A DNA stretch of 64,000 bases from Rhopilema esculentum (Eukaryota): NCBI RefSeq assembly GCF_013076305.1, contig NW_027019640.1, positions 4,874,378 to 4,938,377 on the forward strand, given 5' to 3'. This document shows, in pieces, positions 49,201 through 56,235 of the stretch. Each line of letters opens with the position of its first letter. Within the stretch, counting starts at the first letter, position 1. The notes under the pieces were generated by a model. It did no database searches. It was not told the DNA's origin and saw only the letters and a program-made list of their open reading frames with translations. The translations under genes and the position numbers were made by a program.

Positions 49201-52044
49201 TCCCAATACGAAAATCTTTCCAAAGAAACTCTGTATCTGTGTAGATTCTGACTCTTTTAGAACTATTTCTTAAAAAATGGATTTTCCCATCTTATCTTGA
49301 ACAACTTTAAGTGGTAATTTGCTAAAATTCTAGTTTTCTAATCTCCACATTGTTTTCTTTGAAGCATTTCCAATGCGCTGAATGAGCCTTGGATAATGGA
49401 TTTAGAAGTTATGAAAGGTGGAAAGACAGTTTTGGCAGCCATCACAGATGACCATATCTGCAGTCTAAACATTTTCGAAAAGGTTTGTTAATTATTTAAA
49501 GCTATAATAATTGTCATCTGTCAATTAATTACCTATTTTTTTGTTTTCTTATCACCTGTGTTGACTATCTTTTCTTTCAGCTACAATCCCGGACAAAATT
49601 GGAGACAAAATGCAATTTTCGCAGTTTTCCAATTTACGTTGCTCTTGTATATTCGAAATCTCCTTTTCAGCCCGAATCAATGTTGTTTTTCTCTTTCTTC
49701 GTTGTTTTCTATAATTCTAATATTCTAATAATATGTAGAGAAACGTGATTGCTTCATAAGCTGTTGCTATATTTCTGGTAAATCATATATTTTGCATGAT
49801 ATTTCTAACGATTTATCATAACATCGTTTTGTATCAATCACATTTAAATTTGTTGGCTGTTGGATTGCGTTAATTGAAAGGCTTTGATTTAATCCGATAG
49901 CATGGACTGGGGTTTTTTTCCTCTAAGACAGGACACTCCATTTGATTTAATCCATAACTTCTTTAAATGATGATGAGCCTTCGTCTTAGTGGGACAGATT
50001 ACAATTCATTAGAACCCCTATTCACAAATAAAATTTCTTATTTTCCAGAAAAGAAAAGATTCGGCTTGGAAATCTCTCATAGAGGTAGCCTAATTCTCTT
50101 AAAGATGCTTTTATGTATTTTAAACTACACAAAACGCTAAAGATTTTATTTATATTGTTTCGCCTATTCTGGACTTTTTCCATTAAATGCAGTATTTCTA
50201 ATGGTAAAAACTGCTGGCTAGGAGAGTAAGGTCGATTGCCGTTGCTCAGATTTGCAGACGGTTTCAAAACTAAAACTTTTAATTCTATCCTTGCTCACTT
50301 TCTAATGTTTTGCTAACTTTAACGTTAGACTGTATTCAAAAGCAAATTTTCTAGGAAAGAAGCATTATCAGTGTAAAGTGGAATTGGGTATATTTGAACT
50401 TCAAAGAGGAAATGTATTTTGTGGCAGCCAATGTAACTCTAACTCATTTGTAACTAAGGATGATTATGAATAAAGGGGAGAATGAGACTAGCCAAAAAAC
50501 ATCAAAATTCGTTTGCACTTGCAGATAGCATCGACACTTATTATTTTAAGAACTATCATAGTTGCTTTCAACCCAAATAGCCCAAACAACATAGTATCTT
50601 TAGCTATCTATTCAAAGCTCTTTCATAATTACGTCATTTTGCTTCAGGTCTCGCTAGATTCAATCAACAGAGCAGAATCATCCATTCGCTATTCACCTGA
50701 AGGTGAACGTCTAGACCTGGAGAAAGATGACAAGATAACCATCTACGCAGCTAGACTGTTTGATTGTTCTGGCAAAGGATGCAAATTATTTGCAACTTCA
50801 GAAGGATGTATAGGATTTGTCATTAATCCCGATCTAGAGGAGCCAGTTCTAAAGGTATGGTTCTAAAGGAGCCAGGAGCCAAATCTTTTGCTCACCCATG
50901 TGACCTTTTTATAAATTTAAAACTATACACAGTTATGGCTACAATCAATGCGAATTTGGATGTTAGTGTATTTTCTTCATTCAGTACTTTCTTTAGATTT
51001 GTATGTCATTTTTTTCTAGGTTAGTAGTTTTATTCCTTTGAAGATTGCAAGGAAGATCGTTTAGAGAAAGTTAGGTTTTTGTCTATTGACATGTAAAGGA
51101 GAACATTATTTTTGGACTCAGGGCAAAAAATGTTCCCAAAAGCATGCAAAGCAACATAATTATTTTTTGTCATAAACCACTTGCCTATGAGAACTTAATA
51201 GTCCCAATCCATTAGACTGTCGGATGAAAATTCATAATTTCTTTCGCTTATTGGTTCATAACTGTTACTCTTAACTAGGCGTTCAATTTTTTCTGAGATG
51301 TCGATATAAAGAGGAAAATTGCGATTGACATTCCTGAAAATGATTAGGACTTCCTTTTCTAGGTACATGAGAGTGCAGTCACGGGTATAGCAATTGTTGA
51401 CAAATTGTTAATAACTGCATCTTCGGATACCACTATCAAGATATGGGATTTGACTGCTTTGCACGAAATCATAGCCGCAAGTAGTGACGTCACAAGCCCG
51501 GCATTCAATCAAAGACTGGTGGAGTTTGTAGAGGCGGGCGGAGTAAAACAGGTACGTTTGACGAAATGTATCCGACCGGAGCCTGTGCTGTGACTATATG
51601 AAAAGCTGATTTATTAAGAAAAGCTCACAGTAAACGAGGTCTACGTTTGATAAATTGACGCGAATTCATGACTTTTTGCAAATCATTCGAAAGTCACCTG
51701 TTAATGTGACTTCAGCGACCATTTTGCAAACACGACCTTATGCTCAGTAGCCAAGCTTTGCGCATGCTCAGAAATAGGAGCATGACCAGAGCAAATCGAT
51801 CGGAAAGCCACCGTTACGCTGATTTTTATTCGCTAAATCGTGTGTATTACAATAAAAAAATAATGCCTATTCACTGCCAAGTAATATACTGCAAACTTTG
51901 ATTTTCGATTTTATTTTTCAGATTGGCTTGTTTTTCTGTCGAGGGCCCATCACGACTCTAGATGCAAAATCAGTTAACGGAGATTGCATCATATTTGCTG
52001 GAGACAAGACTGGGAATGTAGAAATGCTGAAATTTTTAAGATAA
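12242..52044 (+). CDS. TEP1: TEP1 ortholog gene span (telomerase-associated protein 1 / vault protein component), about 55 coding exons; architecture: N-terminal region, TROVE, DUF4062, NACHT, WD40 repeats
   Basis: Exon peptides align collinearly with human TEP1. Examples: [123 protein letters not shown], many WD blades, and a C-terminal GNVEMLKFL versus human GNVYFLNWE. GT-AG introns throughout. Confidence 0.85.
13761..13895 (+). CDS. TEP1: TEP1 exon 2 (TROVE N-terminus: [18 protein letters not shown])
   Basis: Acceptor tttcag|ACT, donor AAG|gtaagt. Human TEP1 has LEPEFILK at the same position. Confidence 0.75.
14792..14953 (+). CDS. TEP1: TEP1 exon 3 (TROVE: [27 protein letters not shown])
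   Basis: Acceptor ttgcag|ATT, donor CAA|gtatga. Near-identical to the human motif LPSDWIQVAELYQ. Confidence 0.8.
15359..15505 (+). CDS. TEP1: TEP1 exon 4 ([36 protein letters not shown]..)
   Basis: Matches human FAQFDEYQLAKYN. Splice sites tttgtag|ACA and AAG|gtacat. Confidence 0.75.
15893..16134 (+). CDS. TEP1: TEP1 exon 5 (acidic Ser-rich cluster [35 protein letters not shown] followed by [26 protein letters not shown])
   Basis: Human has FTLKKLVQRLHI..ALLGYRYP at this position. Donor AA|gtatgt ends in phase 2. Confidence 0.75.
16698..16755 (+). CDS. TEP1: TEP1 exon 6 (K)[19 protein letters not shown]
   Basis: Acceptor ttattag|G completes the AAG codon. Donor GAG|gtactg. Confidence 0.65.
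16884..16983 (+). CDS. TEP1: TEP1 exon 7 ([33 protein letters not shown])
   Basis: Human: KRMKLSRPETWERELSLRGNKASVWEELI. Donor G|gtatca ends in phase 1. Confidence 0.8.
17482..17591 (+). CDS. TEP1: TEP1 exon 8 ([37 protein letters not shown])
   Basis: Human: [32 protein letters not shown]. Confidence 0.8.
17943..18051 (+). CDS. TEP1: TEP1 exon 9 ([36 protein letters not shown])
   Basis: Human: SVIHSRQFPFRFLNAHDAIDALE. Donor ATG|gtaatt ends in phase 1. Confidence 0.8.
18353..18470 (+). CDS. TEP1: TEP1 exon 10 with an RG/RGG repeat insertion ([39 protein letters not shown])
   Basis: In-frame (CGN GGN) repeat. Acceptor cgttcag|GT and donor AG|gtatta keep the frame into exon 11. Confidence 0.65.
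19118..19298 (+). CDS. TEP1: TEP1 exon 11 ([61 protein letters not shown])
   Basis: Human: KYDGEMLNRYRQALETAVNLSVKHSLPLLPGRTVLVYLTD. Confidence 0.75.
19861..20016 (+). CDS. TEP1: TEP1 exon 12 ([52 protein letters not shown])
   Basis: Human: LNYALLLIGMMITRAEQVDVVLCGG..ILKTAIKLQAQVQ. Confidence 0.7.
20943..21014 (+). CDS. TEP1: TEP1 exon 13 ([24 protein letters not shown])
   Basis: Clean acceptor tttcgaag|CTT and donor AAG|gtacga. An additional small exon between exons 12 and 14 cannot be excluded. Confidence 0.55.
21673..21842 (+). CDS. TEP1: TEP1 exon 14 ([56 protein letters not shown])
   Basis: ORF-track frame 21664-21846. Donor AG|gtaggc ends in phase 2. Human: VDRVILLGQSMDDGMINVAKQLYWQ. 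Confidence 0.65.
22816..22872 (+). CDS. TEP1: TEP1 exon 15 ([19 protein letters not shown])
   Basis: Acceptor tttgcag|G. Donor AG|gtaaca keeps the phase into exon 16. Confidence 0.5.
24016..24097 (+). CDS. TEP1: TEP1 exon 16 ([28 protein letters not shown])
   Basis: Acceptor ttcttag|G, donor AAG|gtaaca. Phase consistent. Confidence 0.55.
24400..24653 (+). CDS. TEP1: TEP1 exon 17 (DUF4062 part 1: ..[50 protein letters not shown])
   Basis: Human: [45 protein letters not shown]. Donor AA|gtaatg. Confidence 0.85.
24753..24997. mobile_element. Foldback/MITE-like element: about 75-bp near-perfect terminal inverted repeats flanking about 95 bp of internal sequence
   Basis: Left arm catgtaaaggccgatttccatttgacattttttgtgcgcgtgggcgtagcgcctgaatctgagcatgcgtagtt. 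Right arm aactacgcatgctcagatttgggcgctacgcccgcgcgcacaaaaaatgtcaaatggaaatcggcctttacat. The arms are reverse complements with about 4 mismatches. Located in the TEP1 intron between the DUF4062 exons. Confidence 0.6.
25507..25749 (+). CDS. TEP1: TEP1 exon 18 (DUF4062 part 2: [48 protein letters not shown])
   Basis: Human: [47 protein letters not shown]. Confidence 0.85.
26837..26947 (+). CDS. TEP1: TEP1 exon 19 ([37 protein letters not shown])
   Basis: Acceptor caatctag|A, donor AA|gtattt. Phase consistent with the flanking exons. Confidence 0.55.
27501..27621 (+). CDS. TEP1: TEP1 exon 20 ([41 protein letters not shown])
   Basis: Human: [37 protein letters not shown]. Confidence 0.8.
27967..28149 (+). 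CDS. TEP1: TEP1 exon 21 (NACHT Walker A: ..[41 protein letters not shown])
   Basis: P-loop [10 protein letters not shown]. Human: LSLVTGQSGQGKTAFL. Acceptor ttttgaag|ACC, donor ATG|gtaagt. Confidence 0.85.
28690..28850 (+). CDS. TEP1: TEP1 exon 22 (NACHT: [53 protein letters not shown])
   Basis: Acceptor gtttcag|GCA, donor AA|gtaaaa. Phase continues into the Walker B exon. Confidence 0.7.
29726..29876 (+). CDS. TEP1: TEP1 exon 23 (NACHT Walker B: [51 protein letters not shown])
   Basis: Human: QTQVLIIDGADRLVDQNGQLISDWIPKKLPR. Confidence 0.8.
30671..30853 (+). CDS. TEP1: TEP1 exon 24 ([42 protein letters not shown])
   Basis: Human: CVHLVLSVSSDAGLGETLEQ..ARLVREELALYGKRLEESPFNNQ. Confidence 0.85.
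31248..31340 (+). CDS. TEP1: TEP1 exon 25 ([31 protein letters not shown])
   Basis: Human: MRLLLVKRESGRPLYLRLVTDHLRLFTLYEQ. Confidence 0.8.
31859..31991 (+). CDS. TEP1: TEP1 exon 26 ([44 protein letters not shown])
   Basis: Human: VSERLRTLPATVPLLLQHILSTLEKEHGPDVL. Donor A|gtattt ends in phase 1. Confidence 0.75.
32508..32697 (+). CDS. TEP1: TEP1 exon 27 ([48 protein letters not shown])
   Basis: Human: LTVDQLHGVLSVW..GPFACLVQSLRSLLGEGPLER. The exact donor (AG|gttgat) is uncertain. Confidence 0.5.
33003..33103 (+). CDS. TEP1: TEP1 exon 28 ([34 protein letters not shown])
   Basis: Acceptor ttctgacag|T, donor G|gtatga. Phase links exons 27 and 29. Loose match to human ARLCLPDGPLRTAAKRCYGKR. 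Confidence 0.5.
33854..33933 (+). CDS. TEP1: TEP1 exon 29 ([27 protein letters not shown])
   Basis: Acceptor ttctag|CT, donor ATG|gtaggc. Phase consistent. Confidence 0.55.
34601..34715 (+). CDS. TEP1: TEP1 exon 30 ([38 protein letters not shown])
   Basis: Human: LTNLHVVAAHLELGLVSRLLEAHAL. Donor G|gtacgt ends in phase 1. Confidence 0.65.
34876..34940 (+). CDS. TEP1: TEP1 exon 31 ([22 protein letters not shown])
   Basis: Human: FRTFLRQQASILSQYPRLL. Splice sites ttattag|TT and AAG|gtttgc. Confidence 0.6.
35154..35197 (+). CDS. TEP1: TEP1 exon 32 ([14 protein letters not shown], small phase-bridging exon)
   Basis: Required to bring exon 31 into frame with exon 33. Acceptor ttttag|AAT, donor CG|gtaagt. 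Confidence 0.55.
35415..35571 (+). CDS. TEP1: TEP1 exon 33 ([53 protein letters not shown])
   Basis: Human: HLQHTLRWLNKPRTMKNQ, just before the WD region. Confidence 0.75.
35889..35984 (+). CDS. TEP1: TEP1 exon 34 (WD: [32 protein letters not shown])
   Basis: Human: AVAFSTNGQRAAVGTANGTVYLLDLRT. Confidence 0.8.
36461..36585 (+). CDS. TEP1: TEP1 exon 35 (WD: [41 protein letters not shown])
   Basis: WD40 GH..WD motifs. Splice sites tttttag|GAC and AG|gtgagg. Confidence 0.75.
36986..37135 (+). CDS. TEP1: TEP1 exon 36 (WD: [50 protein letters not shown])
   Basis: ORF 36966-37175. Donor AC|gtatgt. Confidence 0.75.
37469..37577 (+). CDS. TEP1: TEP1 exon 37 (WD: [37 protein letters not shown])
   Basis: Human: CLGGCLKLWDTVRGQ. 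Confidence 0.75.
37606..37730. repeat. (ATCAT)n microsatellite of about 25 copies in a TEP1 intron
   Basis: Direct reading: atcatatcatatcat.. with one G variant. Confidence 0.95.
37913..38032 (+). CDS. TEP1: TEP1 exon 38 (WD: [40 protein letters not shown])
   Basis: WD40 pattern. Splice sites ttctacag|CTG and AGG|gtatgc. Confidence 0.75.
38955..39053 (+). CDS. TEP1: TEP1 exon 39 ([33 protein letters not shown])
   Basis: Splice sites gttag|GTA and AAG|gtttgt, in phase. Confidence 0.65.
39385..39648 (+). CDS. TEP1: TEP1 exon 40 ([27 protein letters not shown])
   Basis: Human has the identical VWSGSLGRPRG motif. Donor AAA|gtgagt. Confidence 0.8.
40521..40672 (+). CDS. TEP1: TEP1 exon 41 (WD: [50 protein letters not shown])
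   Basis: Human: LLASASEDFTVQLWPRQLLTRPHKAED. Confidence 0.7.
40798..40897 (+). CDS. TEP1: TEP1 exon 42 (WD: [34 protein letters not shown])
   Basis: Human: CGTELRGHEGPVSCCSFSTDGGSLATGGRDRS. Confidence 0.75.
41656..41763 (+). CDS. TEP1: TEP1 exon 43 (WD: [36 protein letters not shown])
   Basis: Human: LLCWDVRTPKTPVLIHSFPACHRDWVTGCAWTKDNLL. Confidence 0.85.
42468..42575 (+). CDS. TEP1: TEP1 exon 44 (WD: [36 protein letters not shown])
   Basis: Human: SCSSDGSVGLWDPESGQRLGQFLGHQSAVSAVA. Confidence 0.85.
43428..43955. mobile_element. Putative MITE-like element with about 22-bp terminal inverted repeats (ctaaggtccttaRtagaagggg) and internal poly-G tracts, in a TEP1 intron
   Basis: The left end ctaaggtccttagtagaagggga and the right end ccccttctattaaggaccttag are reverse complements. 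Internally there is a duplicated segment tcagaaaWWttttcaaaaaaTaaataagcg followed by G12-18 runs. A related fragment aaggaccttcaagggagggggggggg occurs at about 18925-18960. Confidence 0.45.
44027..44152 (+). CDS. TEP1: TEP1 exon 45 (WD: [42 protein letters not shown])
   Basis: Human: HVVSVSRDGTLKVWDHQGVELTSIPAHSGPI. Confidence 0.85.
44714..44860 (+). CDS. TEP1: TEP1 exon 46 ([49 protein letters not shown])
   Basis: Human: ELLVVTVGLDGATRLWHPLLV. Confidence 0.75.
45198..45323 (+). CDS. TEP1: TEP1 exon 47 (WD: [42 protein letters not shown])
   Basis: Human: CQTHTLLGHSGPVRAAAVSETSGLMLTASEDGSVRLWQ. Confidence 0.8.
46023..46108 (+). CDS. TEP1: TEP1 exon 48 ([28 protein letters not shown])
   Basis: Acceptor tttccatag|TTC, donor AG|gtaaat. 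Followed by an intron carrying the (GGTAT)n repeat. Confidence 0.6.
46201..46795. repeat. (GGTAT)n microsatellite of about 600 bp in a TEP1 intron, with occasional GATAT/GGTATT/GATGGTAT variants
   Basis: Direct reading. It is the source of the spurious [10 protein letters not shown] ORFs in the six-frame track. Confidence 0.95.
46932..46989 (+). CDS. TEP1: TEP1 exon 49 ([20 protein letters not shown]), apparent GC donor
   Basis: Frame continuity with the next exon ([11 protein letters not shown]..) requires the exon to end at TTTCAG, followed by gcatgt. Human: EDGSVRLWQVPKEADDTCIP. Confidence 0.5.
47157..47269 (+). CDS. TEP1: TEP1 exon 50 ([37 protein letters not shown])
   Basis: Human: SSAAVTAVAWAPDGSMAVSGNQAGELILW. 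Donor AC|gtatgt. Confidence 0.6.
47772..47930 (+). CDS. TEP1: TEP1 exon 51 ([53 protein letters not shown])
   Basis: Human: LTSLDWAPDGHFLILAKADLKLLCMKPGDAPSEIWSSYTENPM. Donor TT|gtgagt. Confidence 0.8.
49365..49482 (+). CDS. TEP1: TEP1 exon 52 ([40 protein letters not shown])
   Basis: Splice sites tttgaag|C and AAG|gtttgt, in phase. Confidence 0.6.
50648..50854 (+). CDS. TEP1: TEP1 exon 53 ([69 protein letters not shown])
   Basis: Human: SSFLCASSDGILWNLAKCSPEGEW. ORF 50513-50866. Confidence 0.7.
51363..51551 (+). CDS. TEP1: TEP1 exon 54 (WD: [45 protein letters not shown])
   Basis: Human: IHSGSVTALHVLPELLVTASKDRDVKLWERPSMQLL. Confidence 0.85.
51922..52044 (+). CDS. TEP1: TEP1 terminal exon ([40 protein letters not shown], stop TAA)
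   Basis: Human C-terminus: LGLFRCEGSVSCLEPWLGANSTLQLAVGDVQGNVYFLNWE. Stop codon at 52042-52044. Confidence 0.85.
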   Translation: MGLFFCRGPITTLDAKSVNGDCIIFAGDKTGNVEMLKFLR

Positions 52045-53100
52045 CTACTTTGAAATGTTCATTCCAAAATTACTGATGACAGACTTGGAAACATTAGGAA
52101 ATAATGTACATTTATGTCACTGCACGTCTTATTAATTTGAATCGTTTGCATAGATTAAACATAATTTATTAACATTGATTTAGGATATGGGCAATAGTAT
52201 ATTATATCGATACTCTAAATTTGCACATTGTTTTGGTCCTAGGGTTAGGATTCGATTGGACAGATTAAACTTGGCATTGTTTCCATAACATAACCAGTAA
52301 AGGGGCAATGTATACGACAAAACCCGTTATGTACCAAAGTCTGGTCTGCTCAGATTCTTGCAAAATGGGTTCCATTTGATGTGTAATATGAAGGCTCGTA
52401 ACATAAAGGAATAAAGCAATTTCAAATTATGTGCTTTTCGTAAAACTAGGTTCATACGCTGGAAGTTTCTGTGATCCAAAATCAAGCAGTTTGTTTAGAT
52501 TTTTTTTAAATATATCTATAACCCAATAGATTATAATCTATCTATAACCCTCCAGAGTAATAATTTGAAAATTCTATCGGCCTATATACCCTAGATAAAC
52601 TTTTATAATAATTAGGTTTTATAATCAACAACAGAAATTTGAATTTAACCAGACATATAATGAATCCATTTTTTATTAAAAAATCTTTTGAATTACACTT
52701 TGGTTTTTATTTTTATTTTGTGTTTAATTGCACCTGTAGAGCCAAAGACGGAAGTATGAAGAACCTAAATTAGTTTCGATCTTTTGAAAAATCTTGTTTA
52801 TTCCATTATCCGAGTCAAGAAAACTGGTTTTTGGTACTGGAAAATAGCAGTGGTGAGTTACTTATGTTACCTCTGCTCAAATCGAGTGGATTTCATGTAA
52901 GGAACCAATTGGTGGATTCTCATATTTTGCTTCCGTGTCTAAAATTTCAACAAAGTTCATGCTTATCTCACCATTAGAAAAACGAGAAATTTGTATCTTC
53001 TAATAATTTAATTGCTTTCTACAAGTAATAGAGACAATTCTTTTTAAGAATATATAAAATTTTATTGCAGCATTTGAACAAATTAAAATCCATACTAAAG

Positions 53101-53106
53101 TTTATT
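53101..53106 (-). promoter_or_regulatory. Polyadenylation signal AATAAA for the CUB-LDLa gene
   Basis: The plus-strand sequence tttatt at 53101-53106 is AATAAA on the minus strand, just downstream of the stop codon that ends at 53162. Confidence 0.5.
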
Positions 53107-53161
53107 TACAAAATAACCCTATAAAACACTTCTGAAAATTATTTTGATAAACTCGAAGCTG

Positions 53162-54865
53162 CTACGCACACACTTCGGCATTGGGCTTATTATGACCTTC
53201 TTGCGTCGCGACGTCTGTTTTCTGGTTAACATACTGTATCGACGTTTCCTCAACATGATTGTAAATAGCTTGTGTTTCTTGGTTGTGCTGGCTAGGTGAT
53301 GAGGTTTCCGTAGCTGCATCACGTTCACGGTATGCAGGCAGTCTGGGGATCTCATATGCAGGAAGTTTAGGCGAATTTTTGTCTTGGTAGGAATGTTGTA
53401 GTCTTTCATGCAGTACTCTGTCCATTGAAAGCACAAACAAGCATACAAATAGGACGAACACTGTGAGCAAAAGAACTAAAAGTGTACCTCTGATAAAACT
53501 AAAGGTATTGTCGTTTCCATGATTTGTCAAAGAGAAGCCTTCAACTTGCCCATCACTGCACTCAGCCTCATCAATTGCGTCTTCACAGTCTGCAATACCG
53601 TCACATTTCCATTCGCAATCAATAAAGTGTCCATTAGAGCACCTGAAGAATCGCCTTTCTCCGATGTAAATGCAATCTTCAGTCGATGTATCAAGATTAA
53701 TTTGTGCCTGATAGACAGCTTGAAAAGATATCCCATTGGATCTGTAGTTGTCTCTAACAGTTCTGCGAACAATCCTTAGTCCGTTTGTCTCCGTTGCAAG
53801 TTCCATTGGCGGAAACATACCGTTGGCTGAAGACCATAGCAGACGAGTTTCGTTAATGTTGAGACCATCGTATATGGCCAATTCTTGCGATTGGCCTGGG
53901 ATCGAAGGCCCGTTTGCATACTTGAGAAAACGCAATGATATTGAATGGATAGGAGGGACCTCGACTTCCCACTGGCAATTCTGGGTAGATGTTTGGAACG
54001 TGGCATAATGCAGAGGCACTGAGATGCTGCCAAACAGCCCGCTCATTTTGCTGCTGCATCGATCAACAAACTCGTAGTTCATTACAATTCTTGGAATCTG
54101 GGGCGTCAAATCCGAAGTGAAACTTGGTTGCTTCGTAAAATCGATTGTAATAGCATTTTGTGAGGACACTATGCTTCCAGCTGGCGGATTTTCGTCGCAG
54201 AAATCTCCCAGTATCTGCTGATCATCATTATCACCTTCCATGATAGCAAGGTTCTGGAAAATGCAAGAACCTGGAGGCAGAGAAAACTGGGAAAATGATA
54301 ATTTAATAATTTTGCTAGATCCTGTATTCAGTTTCCAACTGCAGTTTTGGAAGGACGAAGAAAGGTGCAGAGACAAGGGAACCACGATTTGACCCTGCGG
54401 CTCTGTTAGCAGCCCGCCACAGTGCGTGTCTTCAAAGAAAGCATCAAATACGACATAATCTCTCTTTGCAGCGAATAACTCAACCTTTAATCTGTTGTAC
54501 TGTGAAAATATAACACTTCCTGGTTTTAGTTCAAAAAATGTTATGTTGCTTAATTCAGCTGTGGAGTGTCCGTTTAGATATTCCGTTATTACAAGGCTGT
54601 CGTTTACATCCAGGCTTATTTCCTTCAAGACCACCGCAATCTTATGGCCAGGTGCCATTTCTATCGTCCATTTGCAGTGTATATAGTTCTCGATTGTCTT
54701 GTTGTGTTGCTGTGATGGCGGTAAAGTCATAACGCCGCTCCTTTCTTGTGTGAACTTGTAACCACAATTTTCATGTGCGAAAGCAAAATTCGAAGCATGT
54801 GCGAAAGCAAAAATCGCGAGAAGTGCCCGCAAAAGCATTATCGGCTTCGATGTTTTTGGTGACAC
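53162..54865 (-). CDS. Intronless gene for a type-I membrane protein: signal peptide, 3 CUB domains, LDL-receptor class A domain, TM helix, cytoplasmic tail (Neto/LRP3-like CUB-LDLa protein)
   Basis: Uninterrupted 567-aa ORF on the track. N-terminal hydrophobic MLLRALLAIFAFAHA. Three Cys-spaced modules beginning CGYKF.., CGGLLTEPQG.., CSSKMSGLFG.. with CUB-like spacing. LDLa consensus CSNGHFIDCEWKCDGIADCEDAIDEAEC. TM helix LLVLLLTVFVLFVCLFVL. Minus-strand AATAAA (tttatt at 53101-53106) lies about 55 nt past the stop. Confidence 0.75.
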   Translation of the reverse strand: MSPKTSKPIMLLRALLAIFAFAHASNFAFAHENCGYKFTQERSGVMTLPPSQQHNKTIENYIHCKWTIEMAPGHKIAVVLKEISLDVNDSLVITEYLNGHSTAELSNITFFELKPGSVIFSQYNRLKVELFAAKRDYVVFDAFFEDTHCGGLLTEPQGQIVVPLSLHLSSSFQNCSWKLNTGSSKIIKLSFSQFSLPPGSCIFQNLAIMEGDNDDQQILGDFCDENPPAGSIVSSQNAITIDFTKQPSFTSDLTPQIPRIVMNYEFVDRCSSKMSGLFGSISVPLHYATFQTSTQNCQWEVEVPPIHSISLRFLKYANGPSIPGQSQELAIYDGLNINETRLLWSSANGMFPPMELATETNGLRIVRRTVRDNYRSNGISFQAVYQAQINLDTSTEDCIYIGERRFFRCSNGHFIDCEWKCDGIADCEDAIDEAECSDGQVEGFSLTNHGNDNTFSFIRGTLLVLLLTVFVLFVCLFVLSMDRVLHERLQHSYQDKNSPKLPAYEIPRLPAYRERDAATETSSPSQHNQETQAIYNHVEETSIQYVNQKTDVATQEGHNKPNAEVCA

Positions 54866-56235
54866 ACGGCTTCAATCGCGAATCGCTTCCTTAAATGTCA
54901 ACTCCACATTTACTTTGTCCTAGCAATAGATTACAGGATTTCTCGCACAAGCCTTACCTTAATGCTGCGACTTAACATTACATCATGCAACGCAGCGAAG
55001 CGTGCAAAAATCACTCGAGTGAATGGCTGCGCAGTGGTCACGCATTACCATGCCATGTTTATTCAAGCCCGAGGCTAGATAAAGCTTTCTGCGGGCTAAA
55101 GCCAAAGACTGTAACATGTGTAGTATATAAACCAAACTATAGTATTTTTCCCATCTTGGTCCCCTCCTTACCTCGGACCTGTGCTTATTTTCCTTATGAG
55201 TAAATTTATAACGAGTTTATAGGAATAACATAATACCAGTAGCAAAATCGATAATTCAAAACAGATTTTTTACAGTTTCATCGCTTGATTTTGGTATCTC
55301 TTGTAGCTTTGTTAGACTCCAAATTGAGTTCAGTGATGACTGGAAACCGCGATCTGCCTTTTCTGCTGTTTGGACCCAAGTAAAATTATCCAAAGAGTAA
55401 CAGTAATTTATGTCTATATTGGAGCTGGTCAAACTCAAAATGGCTAATATTAAGATTTCAAGTTGAAGGGTAAACCTTGCTAAAAGAGGACAAATTACTG
55501 AGGAAAGCTGAACATTTCTGGCATAATGTCATTTTTTATTGAAAATAGCAAACTAACAATAATTTCTGCCGGCTTTTGCGTTCTTTATCCCAAACCAAAC
55601 GCCGAAACAAACAATGGTAAACTGAGCAGTCCGGCTCATTGGTTTACTGGTAGGTACCGGTAGCCACGGTGGACATTATGACGACCCGGAGATAAAGCTG
55701 CCCTTCGCAGAAGACGAAAAAAGATTTTCAAAAGCGCTTTTCCTGGGGAAAAAGGCGTCTTTTAAGCACACTGTTGCTGCATTCATATAACTTTTGCCCT
55801 TAAAGAACTCCCTATTAAGTTCGTCATTATATGGTTGGTCTTTGATGCAAATAATATGCTTGTTGAATAAGTCAGTCAGGCATGCGGAGCTCCAAGCCCC
55901 AGCATCCCCTTTGCAGGTGAATTACATTGTGAAATGGTGCTATAATTGTATGAAATATAGTATAATATATGTTTAAATGAACTTAAGTATAATGCAAGAA
56001 GACATCAACCTTTACTTGAATCACAATTTAACTCAGATTCATTTTTGCACGCTTGCCATCCAACAACTTTAGAATCGTTGGCCATCGCACAAAATAGTGT
56101 AACCTGATGAATTTAAATTTAACCGAGTAATTTGGGAGAATTTTCCAATGCGAGGATGGAATATGGGTAGAAAACCCAGGGTGGTTACTAGATTTTGTAA
56201 TCAAGAGGGGGAGGGGGGAGGGGGGTTCCAAGTCT

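Noticed and set aside
53119-53448. 109-aa minus-strand ORF overlapping the 3' end of the CUB-LDLa gene
   Set aside because: An out-of-frame overlap with the much longer, domain-bearing 567-aa ORF. A chance ORF.
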